Below, piece after piece: positions 28,769-39,135 of a stretch of 64,000 nucleotides of DNA. Position 1 is the first letter of the stretch. Each line of letters begins with the position of its first letter. Below the pieces are notes generated by a model. That model did not search any database and was not told the origin of the DNA. It saw nothing but the letters and a program-made list of their open reading frames with translations. Position numbers and translations under genes: made by a program. Source of the DNA: a virus; the IMG/VR virus record IMGVR_UViG_3300021389_000015, positions 9,321 to 73,320 of that record; one strand, given 5' to 3'.

Positions 28769-28934
28769 TCAAAGACTCATATTATTGATGGATGAAATAT
28801 CCATCGCTAAAAGCAAATTAGAACCACATGATACTGGTCATATTCATACTTCAATAAGCTATTTAGAAAGTAGAGTTGAAGAAGTACAAAAAGAAGTTGA
28901 TGAAGGATTAAGAAAAGTCGCCTATGCCTACTAA
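28752..28934 (+). CDS. hypothetical protein
   Basis: HDTGHIHTSISYL; overlaps both neighbours. Confidence 0.55.
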   Translation: MQITASQRLILLMDEISIAKSKLEPHDTGHIHTSISYLESRVEEVQKEVDEGLRKVAYAY

Positions 28935-30291
28935 TTTAGAACAAACTATATTACGTAATCTATTAACTGATGAAGATTACATGCGTAAAGTATTACCATT
29001 CATCAAGCCGGATTACTTTGAAGGTATATATCGAGTACTGTTTCGTGAAGCAGGCAAGTTTGTTGCTAAATACAATAAGCTACCAAATGCTGAAGCGTTT
29101 AAGATTGAACTAGATGGTGCCGATAAATTAAATGATGAACAATATAATTTGGCTATGGACATTGTACCGCAATTGTATTCTACTGAAAAGGTAGATGATA
29201 AGTGGTTGTTAGACACTACAGAAAAATGGTGTCAAGACCGTGCAATATATCTTGCAATCATGGAATCAATATCAATCATTGATGGAAAGCATGAACAACT
29301 AACTAAAGGTGCTTTACCGGATTTATTGACTAAAGCTTTAGGTGTTGGATTTGATTTGCAAGTCGGTCACGACTATGTAGAAAATGCTGAAGATAGATTT
29401 AAATTTTATCATACAGAAGAAGATAGGTTGCCATTTGATTTAGAATACTTTAATACTATTACAAAAGGTGGTGTACCACGTAAAACATTAAATATTGCGC
29501 TGGCCGGCACTGGTGTCGGTAAGTCTTTGTTTATGTGTCATGTAGCTGCATCATCTTTAGTACAAGGTCAAAATGTATTATACATTACTATGGAAATGGC
29601 TGAAGAAAGAATAGCAGAAAGAATAGATGCAAACTTACTTGATGTACCTATTGATCAACTCGATAAAATATCAAAAGACAGGTTTTCTTTAATGGTGAAT
29701 AACATTGCAAAGAAAACTACTGGTAAACTTATAATAAAAGAATATCCGACTGGCTCTGCACATTCCGGTCATTTTAGAGCATTACTTAATGAACTGAAAT
29801 TGAAAAGACAATTTGAACCAGACTTAATCTTTATTGATTACTTAAATATATGTGCAAGTTCTAGAATGAAAGGAATGGGTGGTGCAATTAATTCATACTC
29901 TTACATTAAAGCAATTGCTGAAGAATTACGTGGCCTTGCGGTCGAGTTTGACGTACCGATCTTCTCTGCAACGCAAACGACTCGTAGTGGTTATTCTAAC
30001 TCGGATGTTGGCCTTGAAGATACCAGTGAGTCTTTTGGATTACCCGCAACAGCGGACTTAATGTTTGCACTAATATCTACCGAAGAACTTGAACAACAAG
30101 GTCAGTTTATGGTAAAACAATTAAAGAATAGATACAATGATCCTACATTACATAAAAGATTTGTAGTCGGCGTTGATAGATCAAAGATGAGATTATTTGA
30201 TGTAGAAGAAAACGAACAAACATTAACCGATGATACACCAGTATTTGATAACACTACAACCGGTCAAAGATTTAAGGATTTTAAGTTATGA
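28924..30291 (+). CDS. gp41: replicative DnaB-like helicase
   Basis: AGTGVGKS, ITMEMAEE, IDYLN, ATQTTR, ESFGLPATAD, KNRY. Confidence 0.97.
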   Translation: MPTNLEQTILRNLLTDEDYMRKVLPFIKPDYFEGIYRVLFREAGKFVAKYNKLPNAEAFKIELDGADKLNDEQYNLAMDIVPQLYSTEKVDDKWLLDTTEKWCQDRAIYLAIMESISIIDGKHEQLTKGALPDLLTKALGVGFDLQVGHDYVENAEDRFKFYHTEEDRLPFDLEYFNTITKGGVPRKTLNIALAGTGVGKSLFMCHVAASSLVQGQNVLYITMEMAEERIAERIDANLLDVPIDQLDKISKDRFSLMVNNIAKKTTGKLIIKEYPTGSAHSGHFRALLNELKLKRQFEPDLIFIDYLNICASSRMKGMGGAINSYSYIKAIAEELRGLAVEFDVPIFSATQTTRSGYSNSDVGLEDTSESFGLPATADLMFALISTEELEQQGQFMVKQLKNRYNDPTLHKRFVVGVDRSKMRLFDVEENEQTLTDDTPVFDNTTTGQRFKDFKL

Positions 30292-30974
30292 TGAAAGCAA
30301 GACTTATAAGCTATTCTCAACCTACTGATATAATTGGAGTAGATGATATACAAGATCTTATTGCATTTTCTGCAAGAGTTAGTAATCCATCTAATCAAAT
30401 GAATAAAGCAACTAATGATAAATTATTAAATTATCTTATGAAACATAAACATTGGTCACCTTTTGAAATGGTAAGTGCTTGTATTGAGATTGATACTACT
30501 CGAGATATCGCTAGACAAATATTGAGACATAGAAGTTTTAGTTTCCAAGAATTTAGTCAAAGATATGCTGATCCAGTTAAAGAGTTAAATATGGCTGTTA
30601 CTACTGAGTGTAGATTGCAAGACAGTAAAAATAGACAAAATAGTATAGAAATAGATGACAGTGATGAAAGAGCAACATTAACTCACGAATGGATTAAAGC
30701 ACAAAGTGAAGTGATACTTGCAGCAAAACGAGCTTATGAGTTTGCTATTGATAGAGGTATTGCTAAAGAAGTAGCACGTAAAGTTTTACCTGAAGGATTG
30801 ACTTCATCAAGACTCTATGTGAACGGTACCATAAGAAGTTGGATTCATTTTATAGAATTAAGATCTGCGAATGGTACTCAGAAAGAATGCACTGAGGTAG
30901 CTTTAGCGTGTGCACAAGCAATATCAAAAATATTTCCAATGATTAAAGGGTTCACAAATGAAAGAAGATTATAA
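30288..30974 (+). CDS. thyX: flavin-dependent thymidylate synthase
   Basis: HWSPFE and the ThyX motif RQILRHRSFSFQEFSQRY. Confidence 0.95.
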   Translation: MMKARLISYSQPTDIIGVDDIQDLIAFSARVSNPSNQMNKATNDKLLNYLMKHKHWSPFEMVSACIEIDTTRDIARQILRHRSFSFQEFSQRYADPVKELNMAVTTECRLQDSKNRQNSIEIDDSDERATLTHEWIKAQSEVILAAKRAYEFAIDRGIAKEVARKVLPEGLTSSRLYVNGTIRSWIHFIELRSANGTQKECTEVALACAQAISKIFPMIKGFTNERRL

Positions 30975-31170
30975 GGTAGATCCATTATCTATTAAGGTTG
31001 ATCAAACTAAACAAGATACAAGAAGAGATGCTTGGGATAGAGACTATATGGGTTATTATTACTTAAGAGAAGAACCAGAAACTACAAAAAAGATTTCAAA
31101 TGCAACACCAGTTTTTATATTTGCATTCTTCTATATTTGTATACTAGTAATGATAGGTAGTATTAAATGA
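30958..31170 (+). CDS. small membrane protein
   Basis: C-terminal hydrophobic helix. Confidence 0.55.
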   Translation: MKEDYKVDPLSIKVDQTKQDTRRDAWDRDYMGYYYLREEPETTKKISNATPVFIFAFFYICILVMIGSIK

Positions 31171-31457
31171 ATAAGTACACACAAGACATGACCGGAACTG
31201 GTGATCATATTGAAATGAATGATGAGCCTGAAAGGTACTATGATTGGATGTTATGGAAAATAAAAAAAGAAGAAACCCATAAAGAAAACAATAGATTGTA
31301 CTATGCAGTAAAAGGCCAATTGATACCTGAAAGCTGGAGTCAAAAAGACATAAATAAAATGGCCTACAAATATACTAAAAGATTATGGGGCAATAACGAA
31401 AGACTTGAATATACTGATGAACCATTTGAAAAAATTTGGCAAGAAAGATATAGTTAA
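31167..31457 (+). CDS. hypothetical protein
   Basis: 96-aa ORF with ATGA overlap. Confidence 0.55.
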   Translation: MNKYTQDMTGTGDHIEMNDEPERYYDWMLWKIKKEETHKENNRLYYAVKGQLIPESWSQKDINKMAYKYTKRLWGNNERLEYTDEPFEKIWQERYS

Positions 31458-31525
31458 CATATTAATCACTTTTTTTAAATTAAATGCATTTTTTCCTTTA
31501 CATTTGCGGAAAACTATAGTATAAT
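31454..31525 (+). promoter_or_regulatory. early promoter with upstream TTAA-N4-TTAATCAC element
   Basis: -35 at 31497, -10 at 31520. Confidence 0.8.
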
Positions 31526-31560
31526 AGTACTATAAAATAAACAAAGCGGAGAAACTTTAT

Positions 31561-31764
31561 ATGTCTAAACCAATTTCAACTTCATCACTTAAGGCTTTAA
31601 TCCTTAAATCTAATAAACCTTCAATTAAAATTAAACTCTTATTAAGAACTCTTCCTGAAACTATTAGGAGAGAAACTGTAAGAGAAGATTATAATATGAA
31701 GATTATAAAGGATCTTGCTAATAAGTACACAATGGTTCAAAAATTAGCTACGGAGATTTTATAA
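31561..31764 (+). CDS. small basic early protein
   Basis: GCGGAG SD after a promoter. Confidence 0.6.
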   Translation: MSKPISTSSLKALILKSNKPSIKIKLLLRTLPETIRRETVREDYNMKIIKDLANKYTMVQKLATEIL

Positions 31765-32045
31765 TGGGAATACACATTGGTAAACACAAAAGATCAACAT
31801 CATGGATTGGAAGATTCGATCCTAAAGATCCTAAAGACATGGCTGAATTTCAGATGGTTAAGTCTATTGTAAAAGCATGCAATTCAAATAAAACTAAATT
31901 CAGAGTTGAAAAGAAAGGTAGAAAACCAACTAATGGTTTTACTTACTTTGGTGATTGCGTAGGTGGCATTAAAAATGCTACACTATGGGATGTATATGTT
32001 TATAAAAGAACATATGATTATTATAATAACAAAAGGATTGGTTAA
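31764..32045 (+). CDS. hypothetical protein
   Basis: 93-aa basic ORF with GGAG SD. Confidence 0.6.
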   Translation: MGIHIGKHKRSTSWIGRFDPKDPKDMAEFQMVKSIVKACNSNKTKFRVEKKGRKPTNGFTYFGDCVGGIKNATLWDVYVYKRTYDYYNNKRIG

Positions 32046-32899
32046 TGATTATAGTTGACTACAGTGGTATTGCACTTGCAAGTATCATAATTAATAAAAC
32101 ATTTGATGAACAAATGATTCGTCATATGATATTGAATTCTCTAAGAATGTATCATAAAAGATACAAAGATGAGTTCGGCGAAATGGTTCTTGCAGTAGAT
32201 GCTGCAAACAACTGGCGTAGGAAAGCATTTCCACAATACAAGGCTAATCGTAAAAAAGATAGAGGTACTTCATCCTTTGATTGGAATGAAGCATTTCGTA
32301 TTCTCAATCTTATACGAGAAGAAATCGGAGAAAACTTTCCATATAAAGTTATTAAGATTGATGGTTGTGAAGCCGATGATGTTATTGGTACGTTAGTCAT
32401 TAAGAAATCAAGAGTTGATTTCAATCCAGAAAAAATCATGATTGTATCTTCTGATAGAGACTTCGTACAACTACAAAGGTTTAAAAATGTCAGGCAGTTC
32501 TCGCCAATCCTTAAGAAAGAAATTGTAGAAAAGAATGCTAGGTACTTCTTACTTAATCATATTATACGTGGTGATAAAGGCGATGGTGTACCAAACATAT
32601 TATCTAATGATGATGTATTTGTTGAAGGATTCAGACAAACACCTATGTCTCAAAAGAAAGTAGAAGATATTATGGAAGACCTTGAACAAGGTGAATTACT
32701 ATATGCAGCTTCATGGTATCGTAACTATTGCAGGAATGAAAAATTAATTGCTCTTAGCGAAACTCCCTCTAATCTTAAAACAGAAATTATAAATAACTAT
32801 GAAGAACAAAATCCTTTTGAAAATAAGAATAAGGTGTATCACTATCTTGTTACTAAAAGGTGCAACCAATTGATTGAAAGTGTACAGGAGTTTATTTAA
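32045..32899 (+). CDS. rnh: RNase H / 5'-3' exonuclease (T4 Rnh)
   Basis: IRHMILNSLR, YKANR, EADDVI, SSDRDFVQL, GDKGDGVPN. Confidence 0.94.
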   Translation: MIIVDYSGIALASIIINKTFDEQMIRHMILNSLRMYHKRYKDEFGEMVLAVDAANNWRRKAFPQYKANRKKDRGTSSFDWNEAFRILNLIREEIGENFPYKVIKIDGCEADDVIGTLVIKKSRVDFNPEKIMIVSSDRDFVQLQRFKNVRQFSPILKKEIVEKNARYFLLNHIIRGDKGDGVPNILSNDDVFVEGFRQTPMSQKKVEDIMEDLEQGELLYAASWYRNYCRNEKLIALSETPSNLKTEIINNYEEQNPFENKNKVYHYLVTKRCNQLIESVQEFI

Positions 32900-33309
32900 T
32901 GGTTAAATATGTTTTTGAAATATTAGAAGAAGTAAGCAAACAACGAAATCGTATCGATAAAGTTAAGATTTTAAAATCAAATGAAAGCTGGGCTTTAAAA
33001 GATATTATTAAAGGATCTATGGATGAAAAGATTATATGGAATTTACCGGAAGGTCTACCACCATACACACCTGCACCAGCTCATCACCACCCTGCAAATT
33101 TGCTAAGAGAAAATACAAAGTTTAAGTATTTTGTTAAAGGTGGCCAAGGCGATAAAATGCCAAAATACAAAAGAGAGCAAATTTTTCTAGGTATACTAGA
33201 AGGTGTACATCCTGAAGATGCTAAAGTTGTTTTGTCAATGATTAACAAAGAGAAACTTAAAGGTCTATCAAAACCTGTAGTAGAGGAGGCGTTTCCGAAT
33301 TTACTATAA
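32899..33309 (+). CDS. conserved T4-like hypothetical protein
   Basis: LPEG.PPY, KRE..F...LEG.HP.DA pattern. Confidence 0.65.
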   Translation: MVKYVFEILEEVSKQRNRIDKVKILKSNESWALKDIIKGSMDEKIIWNLPEGLPPYTPAPAHHHPANLLRENTKFKYFVKGGQGDKMPKYKREQIFLGILEGVHPEDAKVVLSMINKEKLKGLSKPVVEEAFPNLL

Positions 33310-33328
33310 TACCAATGAAAGGTAGCAA

Positions 33329-33499
33329 ATGTTACAACAACTTGAACGTTTACAAAAAGACTCTAGTGAATTAGAAATTTATGCATTAAAACTTAAAAAG
33401 CGAGGTAAGTTACAAAAGATGAATAAAATAATAGAAAAACGAAATTTCTTAGAAGATCAAATCAAGTTGATAAAACCGGAGGTAAGACTTTCCACTTAA
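33329..33499 (+). CDS. small hypothetical protein
   Basis: 56-aa ORF MLQQLERLQK with AAAGGT SD; not in the ORF track. Confidence 0.5.
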   Translation: MLQQLERLQKDSSELEIYALKLKKRGKLQKMNKIIEKRNFLEDQIKLIKPEVRLST

Positions 33500-33514
33500 A
33501 GCAAAACTTTTTCC

Positions 33515-33543
33515 TTTACAAACAGTGAATTTTATGATATAAT
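33515..33543 (+). promoter_or_regulatory. early sigma70-type promoter
   Basis: CCTTTACA-N17-TATAAT. Confidence 0.78.
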
Positions 33544-33566
33544 CTATATTATTTGAAGGTGACAAT

Positions 33567-34127
33567 ATGAATATTTTTATACTAGACAAAAACCCAGTTA
33601 CGGCTGCTGAAATGCTGTGTGACCGACATGTTCCAAAAATGATTGTGGAATCTGGTCAAATGCTTAGTACTGCACACAGATTGCTCGATGGCATACCAGA
33701 AAAGCGTAGGTCTAAATCTGGCAAAACTATACAAACATACTTCTCGTTTGGCGATAAACGTGATGATGTCTTTTATGCAGCAGTGCATAAGTATCATCCA
33801 TGTACTACATGGACATTAGCATCTAAACAAAACTATGAATGGCACTATGAACACTTTATTGCAATGTGTGATGAATTTCAATACAGGCGTGGTAAAGTAC
33901 ATAAGACATTTGAAGTTCTAGGAAAAGCACTTAAAAAAACACCGATAAATATACCAGATGTTGGATTAACGGAGTTTGCTCAAGCTATGTCTCATTATCC
34001 TGATTGTATAGTTGAAGGTGATGCTGTAAAAGCATATCGTAACTATTATCATATGGCTAAGTCATTTGCCAAATGGGATTGGAAAAGGCCTGCTCCACAT
34101 TGGTGGAAAGGATACCAAGGTGCCTAA
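33567..34127 (+). CDS. pyrimidine-dimer DNA glycosylase-related protein
   Basis: MNIFILD, CDRHVPKMIVESGQMLSTAH, HPCT.W, AYRNYY. Confidence 0.65.
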   Translation: MNIFILDKNPVTAAEMLCDRHVPKMIVESGQMLSTAHRLLDGIPEKRRSKSGKTIQTYFSFGDKRDDVFYAAVHKYHPCTTWTLASKQNYEWHYEHFIAMCDEFQYRRGKVHKTFEVLGKALKKTPINIPDVGLTEFAQAMSHYPDCIVEGDAVKAYRNYYHMAKSFAKWDWKRPAPHWWKGYQGA

Positions 34128-34362
34128 ATATACATTAAAGAAATGGGTTGATGCTAAAAGAAATTATGTTGAATGGGATGTAGAATGTCCATCAGATGAG
34201 ATTGAATCGATATGTAAAGAATACAATGCTGAAAGAGTTCTTAAGTTTCCAGGAATTGTAACACAACAAGGAAGTTTACTTTCGAAAACTGACGGCGGTT
34301 GGAAAGATAATTTAAAAAGAATGAAAGATAAATCAGGTAGAGGTAACACTATTAAGGTATGA
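34120..34362 (+). CDS. conserved hypothetical protein upstream of phoH
   Basis: GTG start, MPKYT...KTDGGWKDNL. Confidence 0.55.
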   Translation: MPKYTLKKWVDAKRNYVEWDVECPSDEIESICKEYNAERVLKFPGIVTQQGSLLSKTDGGWKDNLKRMKDKSGRGNTIKV

Positions 34363-35039
34363 GTAAAAACATTGTTAAGTTTGAAGACTTAATTGAAATT
34401 GAGCCTATAACTAAAAATCAAGAAATAGCATTTGAATCGTGGCAACACAATGAAAACCTTGTACTTGCAGGTTCTGCAGGAACAGGTAAAACTTTTTTGT
34501 CTATGTATTTAGCTTTACAGTCATCACTAGAACCAGCTACTCCATATCATAAAACAGTAGTCATAAGATCTATTGTACCTACACGCGATGTAGGTTATTT
34601 GCCTGGGAGTTTACAAGAAAAATCTGAACCTTTTGAAGAACCATATAAACAAATATGTTTAGAATTATTTAATTTTGATAATTCGATATATAAAAAACTT
34701 ATAAATAATCATCAGATGGAGTTTTTAACTACATCATTTATTCGTGGTACTCAAATTAATAATGCTATAGTTATCATTGATGAAATGCAAAATCTTAATT
34801 TCCACGAACTTGACTCTGTAATTACACGTATCGGCCAAGATTGTAGAGTCATTTTTTCAGGTGATTACTATCAATCTGATTTCAAAACTGATCATGAACG
34901 CGATGGTATTCAAAGGTTCCTAAGAATAGTCGAACGGCTAAAAAACTTCAGTGTTATAACTTTCGGTTGGGACGATATAGTAAGATCTGACTTTCTCAGA
35001 GATTACATTATGACTAAAGAAATGTTAGGTATAAAATGA
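34359..35039 (+). CDS. phoH: PhoH-like ATPase
   Basis: GSAGTGKT, GYLPG, SFIRG, DEMQN, TRIG, GDY.QSD, DIVRS. Confidence 0.94.
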   Translation: MSKNIVKFEDLIEIEPITKNQEIAFESWQHNENLVLAGSAGTGKTFLSMYLALQSSLEPATPYHKTVVIRSIVPTRDVGYLPGSLQEKSEPFEEPYKQICLELFNFDNSIYKKLINNHQMEFLTTSFIRGTQINNAIVIIDEMQNLNFHELDSVITRIGQDCRVIFSGDYYQSDFKTDHERDGIQRFLRIVERLKNFSVITFGWDDIVRSDFLRDYIMTKEMLGIK

Positions 35040-35299
35040 AGTTTTTTATAATAGTATCATTTATAATGGCAAACACTGCAGCACTAGATAGACCACTTTA
35101 CGTATTTGCAAAACCAAATTTTGAAACAGTAACAGAGTGTAGAGATTATGTAGCTGTTATGCATCAAAGAATATATTCTGCGGCAAGCGCATCATATAAC
35201 CACAAACACAAACCTGAATCAATATATTGTATAACTACTGATGAGGTAAAAGATATATTTAAATACAGTTACGATCAAAAGGAAAAGAAAAATATTTAA
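35036..35299 (+). CDS. hypothetical protein with N-terminal hydrophobic segment
   Basis: 87-aa ORF. Confidence 0.55.
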   Translation: MKFFIIVSFIMANTAALDRPLYVFAKPNFETVTECRDYVAVMHQRIYSAASASYNHKHKPESIYCITTDEVKDIFKYSYDQKEKKNI

Positions 35300-35960
35300 G
35301 CATGAAAAGATTGATATCGGATATAACGACTTGGATGCAGAGACTACCACAAAAGGGAGAACTTATAGTACTCCTGATGGCAAGTCTTATCCTAGTGTTA
35401 CAACAGTTCTAAGCATATTAAACGAACATATTATTAAAGCATGGCGTGAACGTGTAGGTGAAGAAGAAGCAAACCGAGTAAGTGGTGTAGCTTCTAATCG
35501 TGGTACACGCGTACACAGTATAGTTGAAAAGTATTTAAACAATGAAGACACTACAGACTTCTTACCAAATATCAGACAAAGCCTTGAAAATCTCAAATCT
35601 GTCCTTGATCCTAATATTGGAAAAATATTCGGCCTCGAGGTTCCTCTATTTAGTCATCACTTAGGTGTTGCTGGTAGATGTGATTGCATCGCAGAATATA
35701 ATGGTGTACCATCTATTATAGATTTCAAAACATCTCGTTACATTAAGAAAAAAGAAAAAATAACTAATTACTTTGCACAAGGTGCAGCGTACTCTATCAT
35801 GTGGGAAGAACGCACAGGTATGGTAGCACCTAACATTGTGATCGTCATGGACGTAGACCATGAAAAGCCGTTAGTTTTTGTTGAACATCGTGACAACTGG
35901 ACTGATTTATTACATAACACTATAAAAGAATATAGAACAAGAAGGATGTTTGGACATTGA
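35292..35960 (+). CDS. PD-(D/E)XK exonuclease (Cas4/RecB-like); start ATA 35292 or TTG 35331
   Basis: YPSVTTVL, RGT.VH, AGRCDC, IIDFKTS, YFAQ..AY. Confidence 0.88.
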   Translation: MFKHEKIDIGYNDLDAETTTKGRTYSTPDGKSYPSVTTVLSILNEHIIKAWRERVGEEEANRVSGVASNRGTRVHSIVEKYLNNEDTTDFLPNIRQSLENLKSVLDPNIGKIFGLEVPLFSHHLGVAGRCDCIAEYNGVPSIIDFKTSRYIKKKEKITNYFAQGAAYSIMWEERTGMVAPNIVIVMDVDHEKPLVFVEHRDNWTDLLHNTIKEYRTRRMFGH

Positions 35961-36196
35961 ATACTGTAATGGAATTACTTAATAAGAGATTTAATTTTGA
36001 AGAGATAACTAAAGGTTATAATTGTGAGCCAGGATCTGATATAGATAGTATAGAGTGGTTTATTGAAAATGGTCATAGATCAAATTCTCTTCGTAATGGT
36101 TTTGGTGATGCACTTGAAATAGCGAAGGAAATAAAGGAGTTTTCAAATGAATGCACAAAAACAATTGGAGCCGGGGAGCAAATACGCAGCTTTTGA
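35957..36196 (+). CDS. hypothetical protein
   Basis: 79-aa ORF. Confidence 0.55.
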   Translation: MNTVMELLNKRFNFEEITKGYNCEPGSDIDSIEWFIENGHRSNSLRNGFGDALEIAKEIKEFSNECTKTIGAGEQIRSF

Positions 36197-36488
36197 TAAA
36201 GATGGCGATGGAATAGTAACAGACGAAGAATTTGAAATGGAACAGAAATTAGTTATGTTAGAAAATGAAGATAAAAAGCAAGATGCGCAAAGAAACATGG
36301 CATGGTTTGCTTTAGGTGGAATGTTACTATATCCAGCATTTGTTATTGTTGCTACATTATTTGGTTTAGATAAAGCTGCTAAGATCTTAGGTGATATGGC
36401 GGCTGTTTACTTTGTATCAGTTGCAGCAATTGTTGCAGCATTCTATGGTAAAGAAGCTTTAGCTAATAAGGCACCACCAAAAAAATAA
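36147..36488 (+). CDS. two-TM membrane protein with EF-hand-like loop (holin-like?)
   Basis: DKDGDGIVTDEE loop, two hydrophobic helices, basic C-terminus. Confidence 0.6.
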   Translation: MNAQKQLEPGSKYAAFDKDGDGIVTDEEFEMEQKLVMLENEDKKQDAQRNMAWFALGGMLLYPAFVIVATLFGLDKAAKILGDMAAVYFVSVAAIVAAFYGKEALANKAPPKK

Positions 36489-36504
36489 ATAAAAAAGTTT
36501 TGTT

Positions 36505-37278
36505 ATGAAAAATTTAGTATTCCAATATTATATACCTTATGAATCTTTTGACGCTGATATGGGTGGTGTTAGAATGCCTGAATGGGCAAATGCAGGTTCA
36601 CGTTCGGCAAAAGCTTATGCTGATTTTTGCAGTGCTGAGTACGAACTATCACATGAAAGATTCTTTCAAGAGCTTGATCCAAGACTCGATTCAATAAAAA
36701 TAATATTCGATGAGAAATATGATGAGTATGATAATATACTTTCGATAGATCTTGACATGTTGATACATGCAGATGTAGATGAAAATATATTTGAAGACAG
36801 GATTGATGATGTTGCAATGGTGCATGAAAGACACGTACATACGGGTGGACCAGCACGTTGGCTTTCAAACGTAATGTATAAACCTCTGTGGCAAAGAGGC
36901 ATAGTAGCTTATGGTAAACACCTATGGGGTGATGACTGGATGTTTCCAAAGAGTGCGATTTATCCAGACGAAAAATTTAGATATTTAAATGGAGGTCTAC
37001 AACTTTGGTCAAAACAAGGTAGGCTTAAAGCACGTAAACATTTTACGTCAGTTGACCATTACGTACTTCACACGAGATATACTGAACAAATGTATATCAA
37101 TCTACAATTATCACAACCAATATTCAATGTCATTGAGCTTGATACTCAATGGAACAGAATGCCGTATCAATGGCACGGTGGAAAACCTGACGGAAAGATT
37201 AATCATTTCTTGGCAAGAACTAAATTTGATATGCCGAGACTAGAACATACGGAGTTAAGTATATGGCAAAATTCTTAG
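36505..37278 (+). CDS. GT-A fold glycosyltransferase
   Basis: IDLD (DxD), YLNGGL, EQ.Y.N, WN, HF. Confidence 0.7.
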   Translation: MKNLVFQYYIPYESFDADMGGVRMPEWANAGSRSAKAYADFCSAEYELSHERFFQELDPRLDSIKIIFDEKYDEYDNILSIDLDMLIHADVDENIFEDRIDDVAMVHERHVHTGGPARWLSNVMYKPLWQRGIVAYGKHLWGDDWMFPKSAIYPDEKFRYLNGGLQLWSKQGRLKARKHFTSVDHYVLHTRYTEQMYINLQLSQPIFNVIELDTQWNRMPYQWHGGKPDGKINHFLARTKFDMPRLEHTELSIWQNS

Positions 37279-37868
37279 AAATAGCAGCAGAAAAACCGAG
37301 AGGTTTAACTTGGGATGTTATGAACTTAGCAACTCATGCAGGTGTAGTCAAAGGTGACGCAACAAATATGCCATTACCATATAGCGATAATGAATTTTAC
37401 GGTGTATATTCTGAACATTTTATAGAGCACTTATACAAATATCAAGGCATAAATTATTTTAAAGATGTATTGCGAATATTAAAACCCGGCGGTATAGTAA
37501 GAACAGTATGGCCTCCATATGAATTTATAGATTTGTTAGTAAGTAAAGAAGATCTTACACCCGATCAAAATGAATTTGTAGAGCACTATTACAATTTCTA
37601 CATCGTAAGAGAAAAGTTTTCACCACCCGGAAATACGCACAGGTCTAAACGTGAGCAATGTGCATTAGGTTTACTATATCAAAAAGGACAACATTTATAT
37701 CTCTGGTCAAAAGTTGAAATGATGAATATGTTAAATGAAATTGGTTATACTAACGTAAAGCTTATGAATTATCAAGACAGCAGCTTACTTGATTTTAAAA
37801 ATATAGACACACCCGGAAAAATACGTGCATTGCATTCTGCCGTTATTGAGGCAAGTAAACCTTGGTAA
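37263..37868 (+). CDS. SAM-dependent methyltransferase
   Basis: GDAT..PLPY, SEHFIEHL, RILKPGG. Confidence 0.8.
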   Translation: MAKFLEIAAEKPRGLTWDVMNLATHAGVVKGDATNMPLPYSDNEFYGVYSEHFIEHLYKYQGINYFKDVLRILKPGGIVRTVWPPYEFIDLLVSKEDLTPDQNEFVEHYYNFYIVREKFSPPGNTHRSKREQCALGLLYQKGQHLYLWSKVEMMNMLNEIGYTNVKLMNYQDSSLLDFKNIDTPGKIRALHSAVIEASKPW

Positions 37869-38134
37869 TTGTAATTAAATACGATGGCCGTCAACAATTG
37901 TTTCATCACTATTGGTTGCCTCTCATATATAAACACCAAGAATGTACATTTATTGTAGAAGACAATACTGGAAAAATGATATATCCAAGTGATGTATCTA
38001 ATCTTAATGTTACTAAAGAAGTTGACAAAGATAAATTGAAGAAACCAGTAATGCATTGTAATATAGATCGTGTTCCTACTTACAGAACTATGATTGATTT
38101 TAATCACCAAGTTTTTTATGAGGTACCATTATGA
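37862..38134 (+). CDS. hypothetical protein
   Basis: 90-aa ORF in the operon. Confidence 0.5.
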   Translation: MVIVIKYDGRQQLFHHYWLPLIYKHQECTFIVEDNTGKMIYPSDVSNLNVTKEVDKDKLKKPVMHCNIDRVPTYRTMIDFNHQVFYEVPL

Positions 38135-39135
38135 AAATTTTAGTAGTAGGAGCTGGATTCAGCGGTGCAGTAATTGCACATCAATTACATAAAGCGGGTC
38201 ATGATATAACGGTCATTGATGAAAGAGATCATATCGGCGGTAACGCATATGATTATTGTAATAACGTAGGTGTCAGAGTTCATAAGTATGGTCCACACTT
38301 ATTTCACACAAACAATGAAAGAGTGTATAATTGGATTACACAATTTGGTGATTGGACTCCATATAAACATAAAGTTAAAGCTTTACTTGAAAACTGTAAA
38401 TATGTAACACTACCTGTTAATAAAGAAACAAAATTTGTGGTAGGTGAAGAAAATATATTAGATGTATTCTTTAGACCATACACACGTAAAATGTGGGGTA
38501 AAGAATTAGAAGAACTTGATCCGTCAATTATTAAAAGAGTACCAATACGTGATGATGACAATGAATACTATTTTCCGAATGATAAGTATCAAGTATTGCC
38601 GAATAAAGGATATACAGAAGTCTTTAAAGAAATATTAAAAGGTATAAATGTTTTCTTAAATTCACCATTTAAACACGATATGGAATCACACTATGATCAT
38701 ATTTTTAATTCAATGCCAATTGATACTTACTTTAAGTTACAACGTGGTCCATTGCCGTATAGATCAATAAAGTTTCATCATGTAAATATACCAGCACCGA
38801 AATTATTACCAACTACAACTGTAAACTTTACGAATCATGGTCCTTACACAAGAATGACAGAATGGAAACATATGCCGTGTCATGGTGAAGGTAATGAATG
38901 GACAACTATTACATATGAAGAGCCGTGTGATTATACAGAAAATAATCTTGAAAGATATTATCCGGTTAAAGATATCGACGGTGTAAATAGAAAAATATAT
39001 GAGCAATATAAAGCTATGGTTGAAGACAACATGACATTTATAGGAAGATGCGGAATGTATGTATACATTGACATGCATCAAGCAATAAACTCATCATTAC
39101 AAACAGCAGATAAATTTTTGGAGAAAATAAAGTGA
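38131..39135 (+). CDS. glf: UDP-galactopyranose mutase
   Basis: VGAGFSG, HIGGNAYD, HKYGPHLFHT, YTR.TEWKH, YYP, GRCG.Y.Y.DM. Confidence 0.93.
   Translation: MKILVVGAGFSGAVIAHQLHKAGHDITVIDERDHIGGNAYDYCNNVGVRVHKYGPHLFHTNNERVYNWITQFGDWTPYKHKVKALLENCKYVTLPVNKETKFVVGEENILDVFFRPYTRKMWGKELEELDPSIIKRVPIRDDDNEYYFPNDKYQVLPNKGYTEVFKEILKGINVFLNSPFKHDMESHYDHIFNSMPIDTYFKLQRGPLPYRSIKFHHVNIPAPKLLPTTTVNFTNHGPYTRMTEWKHMPCHGEGNEWTTITYEEPCDYTENNLERYYPVKDIDGVNRKIYEQYKAMVEDNMTFIGRCGMYVYIDMHQAINSSLQTADKFLEKIK

Noticed and set aside
16784-30291. Introns, inteins or homing endonucleases in gp43, uvsX or gp41
   Set aside because: ORFs are continuous and of normal length, with no LAGLIDADG, HNH, GIY-YIG or intein motifs seen
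3847-34710. Intragenic TATAAATA matches (e.g. 3847, 13045, 24532)
   Set aside because: Expected by chance in AT-rich coding DNA and lack a terminator/start context
35292-35960. Cas4-like gene as evidence of a CRISPR system
   Set aside because: No array or other cas genes; stand-alone exonucleases beside phoH are usual in T4-like phages
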